Positions 46,048-58,975 are shown, numbered from the stretch's first letter. The stretch: DNA of 64,000 bases from Phyllobates terribilis (GCF_046119375.1 NW_027362769.1:369210001-369274000), one strand, 5' to 3'. The notes: generated by a model from the sequence alone, not told the origin. A program made the numbers and translations.

Positions 46048-49000
46048 CTGCAAAGTAAAATATTAAAATGTCACAAAGTATCCAAAAATTGCAAATTGTT
46101 CCAATTCATGGCATATTATACTGTGGTACCGAAGTAAATAATATAAGCGGCCAAATTATCACAGATTCAAGAGTCCTAAGAAGAAAAAAATATATGTAAA
46201 AGGTTAAATCAAATGAAAAAATATATATTTAGTATTATTTTGTCTGACCTATCAAAATATAAAATGATTTAAACTGTACATTAAACCCTGTAAAAAGAAA
46301 TTAGAATTCTCAAATTGTGAGTTTTTTCTGGTTCACCTCCTAAAAAATTGCATCAAACTGTCATATGTACCCCAAAACGGCATCCATAAAAACATCAGGT
46401 CAGGGTGCAAAAATACAAGCCCTGCCCCAGCTCCATCGATGGGGGAAAAAAAAAATATTTGGTTCTCAGAAAATGGTGACTATTATTATTATTATTTTAT
46501 TTTTTTTTTTTACAAATTTCTGATGTTTGTCACCACTAAAATAAAATATTAAACTTTTTTCTATCACCGTTATTTTGCTGAATCATTTTTAACACACAAT
46601 GAACGCCAAAAAACAAAACAGAGTATCATACATACAGGGTTAAAGCACTTGCTCATAGCAGAAAGCTGCAGCTGGTAGAGCAGTGTCCGGGGCATGAGCT
46701 CAGGCCGGATGTGTCTACATCTGATGTAAGGTAACACAGACATTCGTCTATTATATGTGCAACCACATCAAATCTGCCATCAAGGCAACATCAAAACTGC
46801 CGTCAAGGCGACATTGACAGACCGGGCCATTACTGTATTGTTAAATCAGTCTAAAAACTCCCAAACAGTGCACACTTACAGCCAAAAAGATGTAAGTAGA
46901 CAGCTGTAATACAATGGGGCTTGTTCTAGAGAAATAAAAGCAGCTAATTCCTACCGTCAAGAACTAAACATTTTCTTTAGTTTGCTTAGGAATCCCTCCT
47001 TGTTTTCCCCTGCCTGCTCAGCCTCGGGCCTCTCATCATCAGCTGCAGAGCTCTGCCGTGCAATGCCTGGTGGGCACAAACAGTAAATAGGCGTCAGACC
47101 CTCATCCTCCCCATCCACTACTACTACGTGTATGTGTAAGACTAGAGACATGCAGATAAACAAAACTGGCAAGCAAAGGAGTATAGAAAAGTACGACCTC
47201 ACAAAGGCAATCCCTCTCCATGAGCCGTCATCCTGCGCCCAGAGCCCGAGCCATCGCCCAGAGCAACATACTTTCTATACTTTACTAGATCTATACAAGA
47301 TCTACTTGGATTACAGCTCTAAACTACCTGTGGTTGTGTTGGTGATGCCATTCACCGTGCCCTCCACATCGGTTTCTTCTTCGGCAAAGCTCTGCATCAG
47401 TGCCCGCTGCCTGTCGGTAAGTTGCCTAGAGCCAGACAGAAGAGTGAACTGGATGGTCTGAGATGTAGTGGGCAAAGAAATCCCTCTCCAACCCACTCAC
47501 CGAGGAACTTTCAGCTTGACGTGTATGTAGTGGTCTCCGTAACCATAACTGTTCATTCTTGCTATGCCCTTGCCGCTAATTCTGATACTTTGATCTGCCT
47601 GTGTGCCCGGCGGTATCTGAAATACACAAAGATGGAAGAGTCAGACAAGTAGACATCAGGTAAAAACAAGATAACAAAATACTAAATAATACAAAAAAAA
47701 AAACCCCACCGCAACATTGATGGTCTCGTACAGTCCTTGTGCTCGGGACGTACCACCCAAGATGGCTTGTGCAAGAGAAATGTGTAGATCAGAATGGATA
47801 TCGGCCCCTGTCCGTCTGAATATAGGACTCTTCTGCACCTGTATTATGTAATATTACACAGAAATGTAACAAACATAAAAACTCACATTTATTTTCGTTA
47901 TTACCTGACTGTGTTTAACTTTTTTTTTTTATCTGAGAGTTTGAGGCTTTGTTTTATTGCAGGACACATTGTATTACTTTTTTTTTTTTTTTTTGGGGGG
48001 GGAGGGGGGTGGGGAGCTGTTTTGAGGTTATATATATTCCTTACTGTCCCATGTTTAACACCAAATAACCTGCAGGTAATTATGGTCGTTTGGATAGCAA
48101 ATATGTGTACGTTTTTTCACTTTTTTTTTCTCAGTTGTAATTCTTAGTGTCAGCCTCCTGGTGGCAGCAGTGTACACCCGTGGTCTCCTGTGCATCCCAA
48201 TGAAGCGATTGAGAAATGTATTTTACTGTGCAAGCAATACCTGTCATTGTGTGTGCCACACTGCCCTCTGCTGTTCAAAATTTAGAAGTCAATTTCCAAT
48301 TTTCACAACTTATATGGATATGTACGGAGAGCAACAGAATGGACAAGTGTACCAACCCTAAATGTAATAAAGATTTCTTTCTTGCCCACTGGCATCCGGA
48401 CGGTCTGCCCATCTTCTATACCTGTATGAGAAGAATTATATTTCTATAAATGTACTTATTATATAATAAAACCCTAAATAAGGAAAAATATATATATATT
48501 TTTACTATTCAGTAAAACAAACATCAGAAAAGAAGTTCTCCCCTTTTATAGGTCAGCGTAGCAAGACAAGTAATGCAGTCAAGAGAACTGGGTAATAATG
48601 CATTTACAAACCAGTATCTTAAACCATGTCATTTTGCACTTATTTGCCATTTTATTTAGATTACATTGCACTGTATATACTAAGTCCAGGCACATATAGA
48701 TCTATATGACACCACCCACATAAATTAAAAGCATTTTCCACCTGCAAAACAAAATATGGCAGATTTAAGAGCTGGGATACAGGTGTAAATCCCCAATACT
48801 TTAACACTTATTTTTGGGGGGGAATCTGTCATCCCCTTAGCACTTACCAGCAGGTACTGGCACAGTCACAGATTTCTTCTGCTTGGTCTGTCCACTACCC
48901 CGGCAGGAGAGGCACGGATTTGTCATAGTCGTACCTCTCCCACTGCAACGTCGACATGTTGATCTCATGACGAAGGGACCCGTGTTGATGGTCTCCTACA

Positions 49001-52000
49001 AAGATAAGCATTCAGGTCAAAAAAATAAAAAAAAAGCTTAATAAACAGTTAAAAAGATTATTCCCATCTCAGAAAGTGGCAACTTGCTAGGAAATGTTAT
49101 TGCTTTATGACGATCAATCCTGAGATTGAAGGGGCCACAGCATTGATTCATCGATTTACTGTACAGGGAACCACAGCAGCCTAGAAAGGGGCAGTTCCCC
49201 TGCACAGGGGAAAGGAGGGATGTTGGTTTTATGCCCCTCGTTCAAAGGAAAGCAAAGAAAAACTAAAACAAAAATGTACGAGAAGAACACATCCATGTTT
49301 ATATACCCAGAGGACATTGGACAGCCTTACCATGCCCGTGCCGTTGCAGTAGTGGCAGTGCTGCAGTTTTGTGCCGGGTTCATTGCCTTTCCCGTTGCAC
49401 CTCTCACACGTGTCCGTGATGTTCACAGACATCTCTTTGTTCACTCCCTTGGCCGCCTGATTGAATGTCAGGTCCATGATGTACTGCAAGGAACCAGAGC
49501 AGAATCAGGGCCACGTCTGCAATATAGATTTGCTTTTGCAGATTTCCCGCTCCTGTAGAACCAGGGCACCAGGGGATGGATAAGCAGCACTCACCTCCTG
49601 TGGCTGATCAAACATATTATTGAAGTCACCGAAAGGCGAGCCGGAGAACTCCCCAAATATCCTGCGGAACAGTTCTTCTGGATCAACGGTAGGACCACCT
49701 CTCCAGTACTGCTGCCCTCCTCCCCCGGCCCCTGCTGCAAAATCGGCAGTGCCGTACGCATCATACTGCTTCCTTTTCACCTCATCGCTGAGCACCTAGG
49801 TGCAATTAGAAAATAACCAAGTTAAGGGAGATCTGCAGATCCTCGGGGGGTCCGAAGCTGCTGCAGTAGCCTCCTAAATACGAAATACGATGCAGAGCAA
49901 TTGTGGGGGGGATCTCCTAATCCAGAACCCCACAATAAAAGAAAGGTATAAAAACTATGATAAGCACTCTTTAACCAAGGTCTATTAAAAGGGCTATCCA
50001 GGCTGTTAATATATCAGATCGTGAGGGGGGGGGGGGGAGCTGCACCCGGCACAATAATCGTTCAGCGGACGGATGTAAATAGTGAACGAAGCTGGAATAG
50101 CACGGCTCTGTTAATGGTGTAGTGGCCGATCCCAAAAACTGCAGCTCCTAATGAACTGAATAGGAGCTGAGCCGCAGTACCTGGGAATGGCCACTACAGA
50201 GTGAATGGAGCTGTGCTGTTCAGCTGGTGGGGGGGTATCAGATCTCACCGCTGCGGGGGGCACACGGCCGTTCACATAATCCACTTTAGTACCTCATAGG
50301 CTTCAGCCAGCTGAGAGAACTTCTCCTTGGCCTGGGGATCATCTTTGTTGGTGTCTGGATGGTATTTTTTGGCCAGCTGTAGTAATAGAGACAGATCAGA
50401 TCACATTGAGAATCACATAACAAAAGGCACAAAAAAAAAGAAGCAAAAAGTGTAAAAAGACAGAAAATGAATATCTGTCCCATGACCTGCCCAGCCGCCA
50501 TCAGGCGGAAAATCATTTAACAGCCCAGCTTCTAAGTCGCTGGTAGGAAATAACTACATTTCCAATAAATTCTGCAGCATCGTTTCCTAGATCGAGCTGT
50601 AACTCGGTTATTTTTCCGGAAATATAAACATAAAACGGCACCTTGAACGGCAGCGTCAAGTGCCCTCACTTCCAAAAAGGTGAGCAGTTCAATGGCATTA
50701 CAACTCAAGAAGCGCGGGGGATCCGTCAGGTATCAAGCACGTGTCCTGCTTTAATGATAACCGCCGACTGTACGCGCGTCTCGACAGGTAACGTCTTTGG
50801 CACTGCGCGCCTCAGATGCAAAAGTAAAGAAGTTGCAAGATAACCCCTTTTAATATAAATTTGCAGGAGGAATAAGAGAGGAACATTCCAATGTAAAATT
50901 TAAAAAAAAAAAAACAACTTGTGCTTTTGCTCCTTGTGAAACCTCCCGGTCACAGGACTGTTTGCCCATTTCACAAGAAGGTAAAACAAGTCCCCGCAGC
51001 GTTAATCAATACATACAACATGAAAGCGTACGGAGCGTCAGCACTGGGGCTGTGACGCAATCCAGTCTGACCCGACCATCGACAGTGCCGACCTCCTACC
51101 TGGTAATACGCCTTCTTGATTTCTTTCTGGGTCGCACTCTTCGGGACCCCCAACACCTGGTAATAGTCCGACTTGCTAGAAACCGATGAACTGGTGTGAA
51201 ACTGGGAGACGAGTCCTGAGAAGGCTGCGAAGACGGGAGAGAAGGAGGTGACGATGAATACGAGGCTCAGAGGACACCCCAGCCTGAGCATCCATAGACA
51301 TTACATACTATTACTAGATCCCAGTGATCACACAAAGTTCTACACCTGCCGGCTTTCAGGGGCTGTTCACATTTAGAAAAACATGGCTGCTACTCCCCCC
51401 ACCCAACCCCTGAAAATCAGCACATCTGGCACGCCGGGATCCGCAGCCCTGTGAGTCGGTGGCGGCGCGCCGGGAATCGTAGTCCTATACGTCGGTGGCG
51501 GCGCGCCGGGATCCGTAGTCCTATACGTCGGTGGCGGCACGCCGGGTTCCGTAGTCCTATACGTCGGTGGCGACACGCCGGGTTCCGTAGTCCTATATGT
51601 CGGTGGCGACACGCCGGGTTCCGTAGTCCTATATGTCGGTGGCGACACGCTGGGATCTGTAGTTCTCCACGTCGGCGACACGCTGGGGTCTGTAGCCCTA
51701 TATGTAGGTGGCGAGACGCTGGGGTCTGTAGCCCTATATGTAGGTGGCGAGACGCTGGGGTCTGTAGCCCTATATGTAGGTGGCGAGACGCTGGGGTCTG
51801 TAGCCCTATATGTAGGTGGCGAGACGCTGGGGTCTGTAGCCCTATATGTAGGTGGCGAGACGCTGGGGTCTGTAGCCCTATATGTAGGTGGCGAGACGCT
51901 GGGGTCTGTAGCCCTATATGTAGGTGGCGAGACGCTGGGGTCTGTAGCCCTATATGTAGGTGGCGAGACGCTGGGGTCTGTAGCCCTATATGTAGGTGGC

Positions 52001-53188
52001 GAGACGCTGGGGTCTGTAGCCCTATATGTAGGTGGCGAGACGCTGGGGTCTGTAGCCCTATATGTAGGTGGCGAGACGCTGGGGTCTGTAGCCCTATATG
52101 TAGGTGGCGAGACGCTGGGGTCTGTAGCCCTATATGTAGGTGGCGAGACGCTGGGGTCTGTAGCCCTATATGTAGGTGGCGAGACGCTGGGGTCTGTAGC
52201 CCTATATGTAGGTGGCGAGACGCTGGGGTCTGTAGCCCTATATGTAGGTGGCGAGACGCTGGGGTCTGTAGCCCTATATGTAGGTGGCGAGACGCTGGGG
52301 TCTGTAGCCCTATATGTCGGTGGCGGCGCGCCGGGATCTGTAGTCCTATATGTCGGTGGCGACATGCTGGGATCAGTAGTCCTATATGTCAGTGGCGACA
52401 TGCTGGGATCAGTAGTCCTATATGTCAGTGGCGACATGCTGGGATCAGTAGTCCTATATGTCAGTGGCGGCACGCTGGGTTCCGTAGTCCTATACGTCGA
52501 TGGCGACACGCTGGGATTTGGAGTTCTCCACGTCGGTGGCGACACGCTGGGGTCTGTAGTCCTCCATGTAGGTGGCGACACGCTGGGGTCTGTAGCCCTA
52601 TATGTCGGTGGCGACAAGCTGGGATCTGTAGTTCTCCACGTCGGTGGCAACATGCTGGGATCTGTAGTCCTCCATGTCAGTGGTGATATGCTGGGATCTG
52701 TAGTCCTCCATGTCGGTGGCGACACGCTGGGATCTGTAGTCCTCCATGTAGGTGGCGACACGCTGGGGTCTGTAGCCCTATATGTCGGTGGCGACACGCT
52801 GGGATCAGTAGTCCTCCATGTCGGTGGCGACACGCTGGGATCAGTAGTCCTCCATGTCGGTGGCGACACGCTGGGATCTGCAGTCCTCCATGTCGGTGGC
52901 GACACGCTGGGATCTGTAGTCCTGCAGCAGTACCGCACCCACTCTTCCCCAGTGATCAGCTAGACCCCGAAGCAGCATAACCTTGAGTGTCCAGCACACA
53001 TGGGAGCGCAGGCCGGACACCAGCTCCCTCCAGCACTCACCTCCTGCAGGTGTCCGGGTTACTGCCGCCCTCAGAGCCAGACGCAGAGCTCCTTCACCCC
53101 GGGGCCATCGCTGAACCCCGGGAAGGAGAGGCCCCCGGGCCCCGGACACAGCAACTGAAAACCAGCGCGAGGAGCAGCGAGCCGCCAT
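46025..53188 (-). CDS. DNAJA3: DnaJ homolog subfamily A member 3 (Tid1), mitochondrial Hsp40; long 455 aa and short 426 aa isoforms
   Basis: Exons (-) 53188-53041, 51215-51100, 50376-50293, 49795-49595, 49483-49331, 48995-48848, 48421-48357, 47838-47710, 47616-47501 and 47425-47328, then 47066-46957 (long) or 46047-46025 (short). MAARCSSRW start, J-domain HPD, G/F region and four CxxCxGxG-type zinc motifs. Confidence 0.97.
46957..47066 (-). CDS. DNAJA3: DNAJA3 exon 11 (Tid-1L C-terminus)
   Basis: [35 protein letters not shown] then TGA. Confidence 0.92.
47328..47425 (-). CDS. DNAJA3: DNAJA3 exon 10
   Basis: [32 protein letters not shown]; 98 nt. Confidence 0.95.
47501..47616 (-). CDS. DNAJA3: DNAJA3 exon 9
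   Basis: [38 protein letters not shown]; 116 nt. Confidence 0.95.
47710..47838 (-). CDS. DNAJA3: DNAJA3 exon 8
   Basis: [18 protein letters not shown]...LYETINVA; 129 nt. Confidence 0.95.
48357..48421 (-). CDS. DNAJA3: DNAJA3 exon 7
   Basis: [21 protein letters not shown]; 65 nt. Confidence 0.95.
48848..48995 (-). CDS. DNAJA3: DNAJA3 exon 6
   Basis: [21 protein letters not shown]...CLSCRGSG...VPVPA; 148 nt. Confidence 0.96.
49331..49483 (-). CDS. DNAJA3: DNAJA3 exon 5
   Basis: [13 protein letters not shown]...CERCNGKG...CHYCNGTGM; 153 nt. Confidence 0.96.
49595..49795 (-). CDS. DNAJA3: DNAJA3 exon 4
   Basis: [15 protein letters not shown]...FDQPQE; 201 nt. Confidence 0.96.
50293..50376 (-). 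CDS. DNAJA3: DNAJA3 exon 3 (HPD)
   Basis: [28 protein letters not shown]; 84 nt. Confidence 0.96.
51100..51215 (-). CDS. DNAJA3: DNAJA3 exon 2
   Basis: [38 protein letters not shown]. An in-frame alternative acceptor lies 9 nt upstream (exon start 51224), so the 5' boundary is uncertain. Confidence 0.88.
51425..52925. repeat. 36-bp minisatellite, about 42 copies, in DNAJA3 intron 1
   Basis: Core unit GTAGGTGGCGAGACGCTGGGGTCTGTAGCCCTATAT. Confidence 0.96.
53041..53188 (-). CDS. DNAJA3: DNAJA3 coding exon 1
   Basis: [20 protein letters not shown]...RTPAG; donor G|GTGAGT; 148 nt. Confidence 0.92.
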
Positions 53189-53335
53189 CTTGCCGGGGGA
53201 ACTTTCTCCACCGCGCATGCGTCCTGGACACCGCTCGAGAGGAATGTCATTGGGACACCGGAAGTGCGCCATGTTACTCCACTCAAAACCTATCACTTCA
53301 CCGACGTCCAGAGCTCACTGGTCGCCATCTTAGTA
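53180..53335 (-). promoter_or_regulatory. DNAJA3 proximal promoter/5' UTR with YY1-, NRF1- and ETS/GABP-like motifs
   Basis: GCCGCCATCTTG over the ATG (53181-53192), GCGCATGCG (53213-53221), CCGGAAGT (53258-53265) and CGCCATCTT (53323-53331) in GC/CpG-rich DNA. Motif matches only. Confidence 0.6.
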
Positions 53336-56300
53336 CTCCTCTACTTCTCAGAGAAATCTCTAGAAATCTTAATTTTTCAAGAAAGTTGCTTGGCTTGTGC
53401 CCGAGTTCTGTTAATGGCCTACATACTGAAAACATAAACAATATCTTGTTTTTTTGCTCAGTTTTTGCTGTTTGCCCCCTTTTCTTGTTTGCGTCATTTT
53501 AATATTCCCATTTCTTCCTTTTTAAAGTCGCTTTTCTATGTGATTGTCTTTTTTTTCCCTTAGGTTTTCCAGATATATTATCTCAATCCAACATTTACAA
53601 CTTTTTGAAAACTCCCCCACCCCAAGAATGATTGAATATAGTCCTAAAACTTTGCGGAATGTGGGATTATGGGCTCGAAAAAGAAAAAAAAATAGCATTT
53701 TTGATTTTACACCTTGGTTAAAAAAAAGCCCCCAGCTACAGAGATATTGATGAAAACAAAAAAAGTTTCCCCTATGCATGGGATAGGGGATTACTTGCTG
53801 ATCCCGGGGGTCCAACCACTGGGTCCCCCCACAATCCTGACATTTGGGCTTTAGAAACCTGTCAACAGGGCTCCGCAGCCCAGTCCTGGACGGCATGCGC
53901 GGCCTCCGCACCATTCATTGTCTATGGGACTGCACTTGGCTACGGCCGATTTGGTTCGAGGACGTCATTGGGCTTTCTCGATTTAATAAAAAAGTATGTT
54001 CAAAACTTTTTTTGAGTCCTAATAATAACATTGTTCCATTTTGTGCCCCAAAAATTCCAAGAATAGCCTGGGAGGTAACTGCTGTATGGGTATAATAGAA
54101 GGGACACAATTACACCATGGAGGCACAATAAGGGCATCAGTACTATGTAAAATTACAGAAAATGCATAAATGTATTATTACTTTGTAGAAGCACATTTGG
54201 GTCATTTTTATATTGTGAAGGTTGAACAAGGACACTATTACTATTTCAAGGCACAGAGAAGGAAACAAAATGGGTGCTATTACTGTGCTGGGTATCGGAG
54301 GGATATTATTACTGTCTAGGACATTATGCATGGATGTAGCAATATTGTCTAAATTCATTAAGACTGGTATTTTAAACACAAACCTCAAAGGGCCCAGGCG
54401 GTTGTGTAGAGAGGTGTGGAAAAGTGGGTAGGATGCTGAAAAAACGATGAGCCAAAAAGAGACAAGTAATAGATAGAAGAAGTTGTCATGGTGGTCTGGG
54501 ATGAATGGAGAAGAAAAAGCAAAGTGAATAATTCCAATAAGACACGTCACCTGGAAGTCAATAGATTTACCAGTGCAGTACATATGTATATGGTCTACAC
54601 AGCGCCCCTGTAGGACTAGTATCTACTACATGTTCACCGTATGGTGGGAATATTGGTTTTAGTACTGTAGTCCTGGTGATATGAAGTTATGGCCTGTTGA
54701 TACATTGTGTAATATTGATGGTAAAAATTGGAAAAGTGATTACTCGGGAAATGAATATAGGATTGAAAAAACAAGGTACGGAATTAATCTGCATTACAGC
54801 GACCTAACACAGATTAGATCAGTACTTGGGAGTAAGAAAACATCTGATTCCTGAGGAATAATTGGCACAAGCACATTAACCTTCATTCTGCAGATGCATG
54901 TGGTGGATCCGAGGCGTCACATCACTTCTTTTTTTTTTTTTTTTTTTTTTAATATCATTTTTAGATATTATTATTTTTTTTTGTGCAGACTACCCCTCAC
55001 CTCCAATATACTACTGCATCTATACTGTATTTATAGTCCATAAAATGAGAATTTTTGAACTTAGGGAGAGAAACCTTTTTTTTAGCCATCACAAGAGAAT
55101 GGAGCGGCCCCTGCTAATATAATGATCCGCCCCTGCTGAACACCCTCCAGCTATAGAAAACCCAACTACAGCGAAGATTTAGGAGATTTACCCTAAAAAG
55201 ACCTTGCTTCTGTCCCTTTTTCCCAGAAGCTCATTTGCATATGTCACTGATGGAGCGCTGTGATTGGCTGACACAGCAGCTTAGTAGTTAGTGCAGCCCT
55301 GCCCACACAGAGCCTTATTATAGTCTTCCTCCTGCCTCCATAGTCCCGGGCTGCAGACAAGCGGTTTATAGGGCGACAGTTATTGTAACACTTTTTATTC
55401 ATGATGGACGCGCTCTGCTCTAGAAATGCCCCAGACATTATCCAGCAGGGGCAGTTTAATGCCTTCATCAGGCTTCTTTCCCAACAGTAAGTGATGGATA
55501 TCTGCTCAGTCCTAATAGAAAGGGGTTATCTAATAACTGATGCAAATGGAAGCAGAGCGATGACATTGCTTAATTCCTGCATCTTGTGATTTTTTTCTGA
55601 GAGCGGTGTACGGCCCCATAGACTTACTATTAAGGCCTTACACATGTTTTGGTGCACTGCAGAGTGGTCTCGTGACCGATAGGTGTTGGAATCAGGACCT
55701 GGACCTCATTGATTGCAGCATAAACAGCCCCTATAATATATCAAAATGTTTGTAAATGATTGGGACCTTTTAAATATTTGTATTTTTGGAGTGGGAAGGA
55801 TTGATATCTTTATAATCTCCAGGAACAGCTATGAGACTATTATGAGTAAGGTGTTCTCCCTATATGATTGTTCTCTCTATTATATCGTGTAGCTTATCAC
55901 ACACATGCTGATACATGCTACTTCTTTCTGGATCACTTTTGGCTGCAGATTCTTTGCAAATGCATTTTATTCATTAAATTTACAGTCGGACAAAATATGG
56001 TTCTTATGCATGATGGCGACATAATTTGATATATGATTGCAAACATAGTGTGTGTCGCCACTATGTGATCTAGTTTGATGAATCAATTGAACAAGTGGCC
56101 TGTGTTGCCATGTGTGTAGACATACAGGTATATATCACCTTTTCAATCACTTTTAGGCTACACCCCCCCTCGCCTGTTATACTATGGTGGTCCAGCAGTT
56201 TTAAACACTTGTGCCTTTGCTCTTTTTTGAGGTGTCCTAGTGGTTATTCCACTATAGCCTTTTGGTTTGGTGCAGACACCTGCAGAAAATAAAAGATACA

Positions 56301-57049
56301 ATATTTATGCAATGTGTGAACACCGCCTTACAAATACAAAGAAAAGCCACATGTCATATATTGAAGCTTACATAAAAATGAACAGGTATGAATGCTACGA
56401 CTTACAATGAATGAACAAAAAACAAATCCATAGGTCCCAACTAGAAATGAGCAGGACCACGGAAGATGTAGCTCCAGCCCTGGCTAATCAAAAACTGCGT
56501 CGGGGTGGAAAGAAAAAGATTTACGGCCTCCTGTTTAGCAGCCAGGTACCACTGACCCGGACCAGAATCCTGTGAATCAATCCGCTCATCTCTAGTCCCA
56601 AAATGTTCTGGATACACCGGGACAGTCCCAGATTTGGGTCTAAGCTCTGCAGTCAGGGCTGCCACCAGGAATTTCAGGGCCTCATTCTGGCAAAATTTTC
56701 GGACCCCCTTGAGACTCCGCCCAGGCTCCACCCCAGCTCCACCTCACCCCTTGAACCTTCCACAGTCCCACCGCCCACACTAGGAAAAATTCCACTTTAG
56801 CACCACACCCTCACCAATCACACATTAACAGTTCCCATCGAACACCATATCACACACATAGCCATCAGCCTTTGTTTTGGCCAAAAGATTTTTTTAAGCT
56901 GCCACCACGACGAGGTAGACTCTTTTGGCCGGACCCTACTCTACTCTAACCTATTAAACATTTCTTAAAATATCCAATACTCTTTTTAGGCATATTTTTT
57001 TTAAGGTAATGTGTCACATACATTTTTTAAAAGGACCAATAATATTACA

Positions 57050-57335
57050 CACAAGGGACAAATACCATCACACCATGGCAGGACCACATATTATCACCAC
57101 ATAGTGACCGAATAATACCACATACAAGGAACAAATACTGCTACACCATGACCAGACCATATATTACCACCACATAGTGACCGAATAATACCACATGCAA
57201 GGAACAAATACTGCTAAACCATGACCAGACCAAATATTACCACCATATAGTGACCAAATAATACCACATACAAGGAACAAATACTGCTACATCATGACCA
57301 GACCATATATTACCACCATATAGTGACCGAATACT
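57050..57335. repeat. About 73-bp tandem repeat, about 4 copies
   Basis: catacaaggaacaaatactgct...gaccagaccatatattaccacc recurs near 57121, 57194 and 57267. Confidence 0.8.
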
Positions 57336-57889
57336 ACAAAACGGATCATTAATAAAAAAAAAAACACAATACCAATATAACCATAAGTGCCATTATACAC
57401 AGGAGCTCTGCATATAATATACAGTGTATAGTGTACAGGTAATACAGTGATCACCAGTGACATTATACACGGGAGCTCTATATATAGTGTCAGTGTACAG
57501 GTAATACAGTGATCACCAGTGTCATTATACACAGGAGCTCTGTATATAGTGTATAGTGTAAGTGTACAGGTAACACACTGACTCACCAGTGATGTCTCTA
57601 ATTGAAGTCCTTCATCTTTGTTTATCTTCTTCATCCAGCGTAGACCACCATCACCTCTTCCAGCCAGGACTAGTCTCTGCAGAAAATAACACACAGTTAT
57701 CTAGAGTACAGCTTCCAGAGCACATTCCCCAATTTTTCTCCAACTTCTACACTACGCCAGATGAAGAAAAAAGCCTCAGTGTCGCCCTGCACAGAAACAG
57801 GACCCACCCCACTGAAAACAGTATCCTCAAAAATAAAATACATCACAGCAATACTAATATCCCTTAGCCTCTACAGTAATAATGTTCCC

Positions 57890-58460
57890 CAGACTGGCCC
57901 TTTCCTGTAATAACGTTCCCCCTCCTGGCCACATATGTCTCCTTTCTGGCCCCCAGTGTCTCCATTCCTGGCCCCCAATGTCTCCATTTCGGGCCCCCAG
58001 TGTCTCCATTCCTGGTTCCATATGGTCTCCCATCCTGGCCCCCAGTGCCTTAATTCCTGGCCTCCAGTGTTGCCATTCCTGGCCCCCAGTGTCTTCATTG
58101 CTGGCTACCATCGTCTCCATTCCTGGCCCATATGGTCTCCCTTCCTGGCCCACAGTGTCTTCATTCCTGACCCCATGTCTTCATTCCTGGCCCCCAGTGT
58201 CTTCATTCCTGGCCCTCAGTGTCTCCATTCCTGGCCCCCAGTGTCTCCATTCCTGGCCCACAGTGTCTCCATTCCTGGCCCCCAGTGTCTTCATTCCTGG
58301 CCCCATATGGTCTCCCATTCTGGCCCCCAGTGTCTTCATTCCTGGCCTCCAGTGTCTTCATTCCTTGCCCCCAGTGTCTTCATTCCTGGGCCTATATGGT
58401 TTCCCATACTGGCCCCCAGTCTCTTCATTCCTGGCCCCCAGTCTCTTCAATCCTGGCCCC
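57890..58460. repeat. About 22-bp minisatellite (TCCATTCCTGGCCCCCAGTGTC), about 26 copies
   Basis: Tandem periodicity; source of the Pro/Ser-rich ORFs at 57854-58706. Confidence 0.9.
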
Positions 58461-58579
58461 CCGTGCAGGGCTGGCTCCAGCTGGGCCCCTTTAACACATA
58501 CCACGACTCATGATGCGCAGATACGGCGGAGAAATATAGGTATACAACACAGGGACAAGGCTTCCCCCTCATCCTTCAC

Positions 58580-58975
58580 AAATGCAGACATGTACACACA
58601 CACAGTACGCAGACATGCACGCACACAATACGCAGACATGCACACACACAGAGTATGCAGATATGCACGCACACAGTATTTAGACATGCACACACACAAT
58701 ATGTAGACATGCACGCACACACGGTACATAGACATGCACACACACACAGGGTACGCAGACATGCGCACACACGGTATGCAGACATGCACGCATACAATAT
58801 GCAGACATGCACATACACAAGCATATACATAGATAAGTACATATACAGACATACGTACATATTTGAACACAAATTCTTAAAAACACATATAAAACAGACA
58901 TAAATATATATACACAGTCATATACACTGACATACACAGATATTCACATCATACATGCACACACACACACACATT
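58580..58975. repeat. Degenerate (CA)-rich repeat (gcagacatgcacacacaca)
   Basis: Source of the Cys/Val-rich antisense ORFs. Confidence 0.9.

Noticed and set aside
49985-50292. MITE-like sequence ending at the weak DNAJA3 exon 3 donor (GAG|GTACTA)
   Set aside because: The termini are too degenerate to show that an insertion altered the donor.
51216-51291. ATG-started hydrophobic N-terminus upstream of DNAJA3 exon 2
   Set aside because: It is the intronic polypyrimidine tract read in frame; exon 1 already supplies the start.
53189-53296. Upstream in-frame extension of DNAJA3 shown in the ORF track (MIGFEW...)
   Set aside because: It begins at a non-ATG codon in the promoter region; the ATG at 53188 matches the known MAARCS N-terminus and has strong AAGATGG context.
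57854-58937. Pro/Ser-rich and Cys/Val-rich ORFs
   Set aside because: Translations of the 22-bp minisatellite and the CA-rich repeat.
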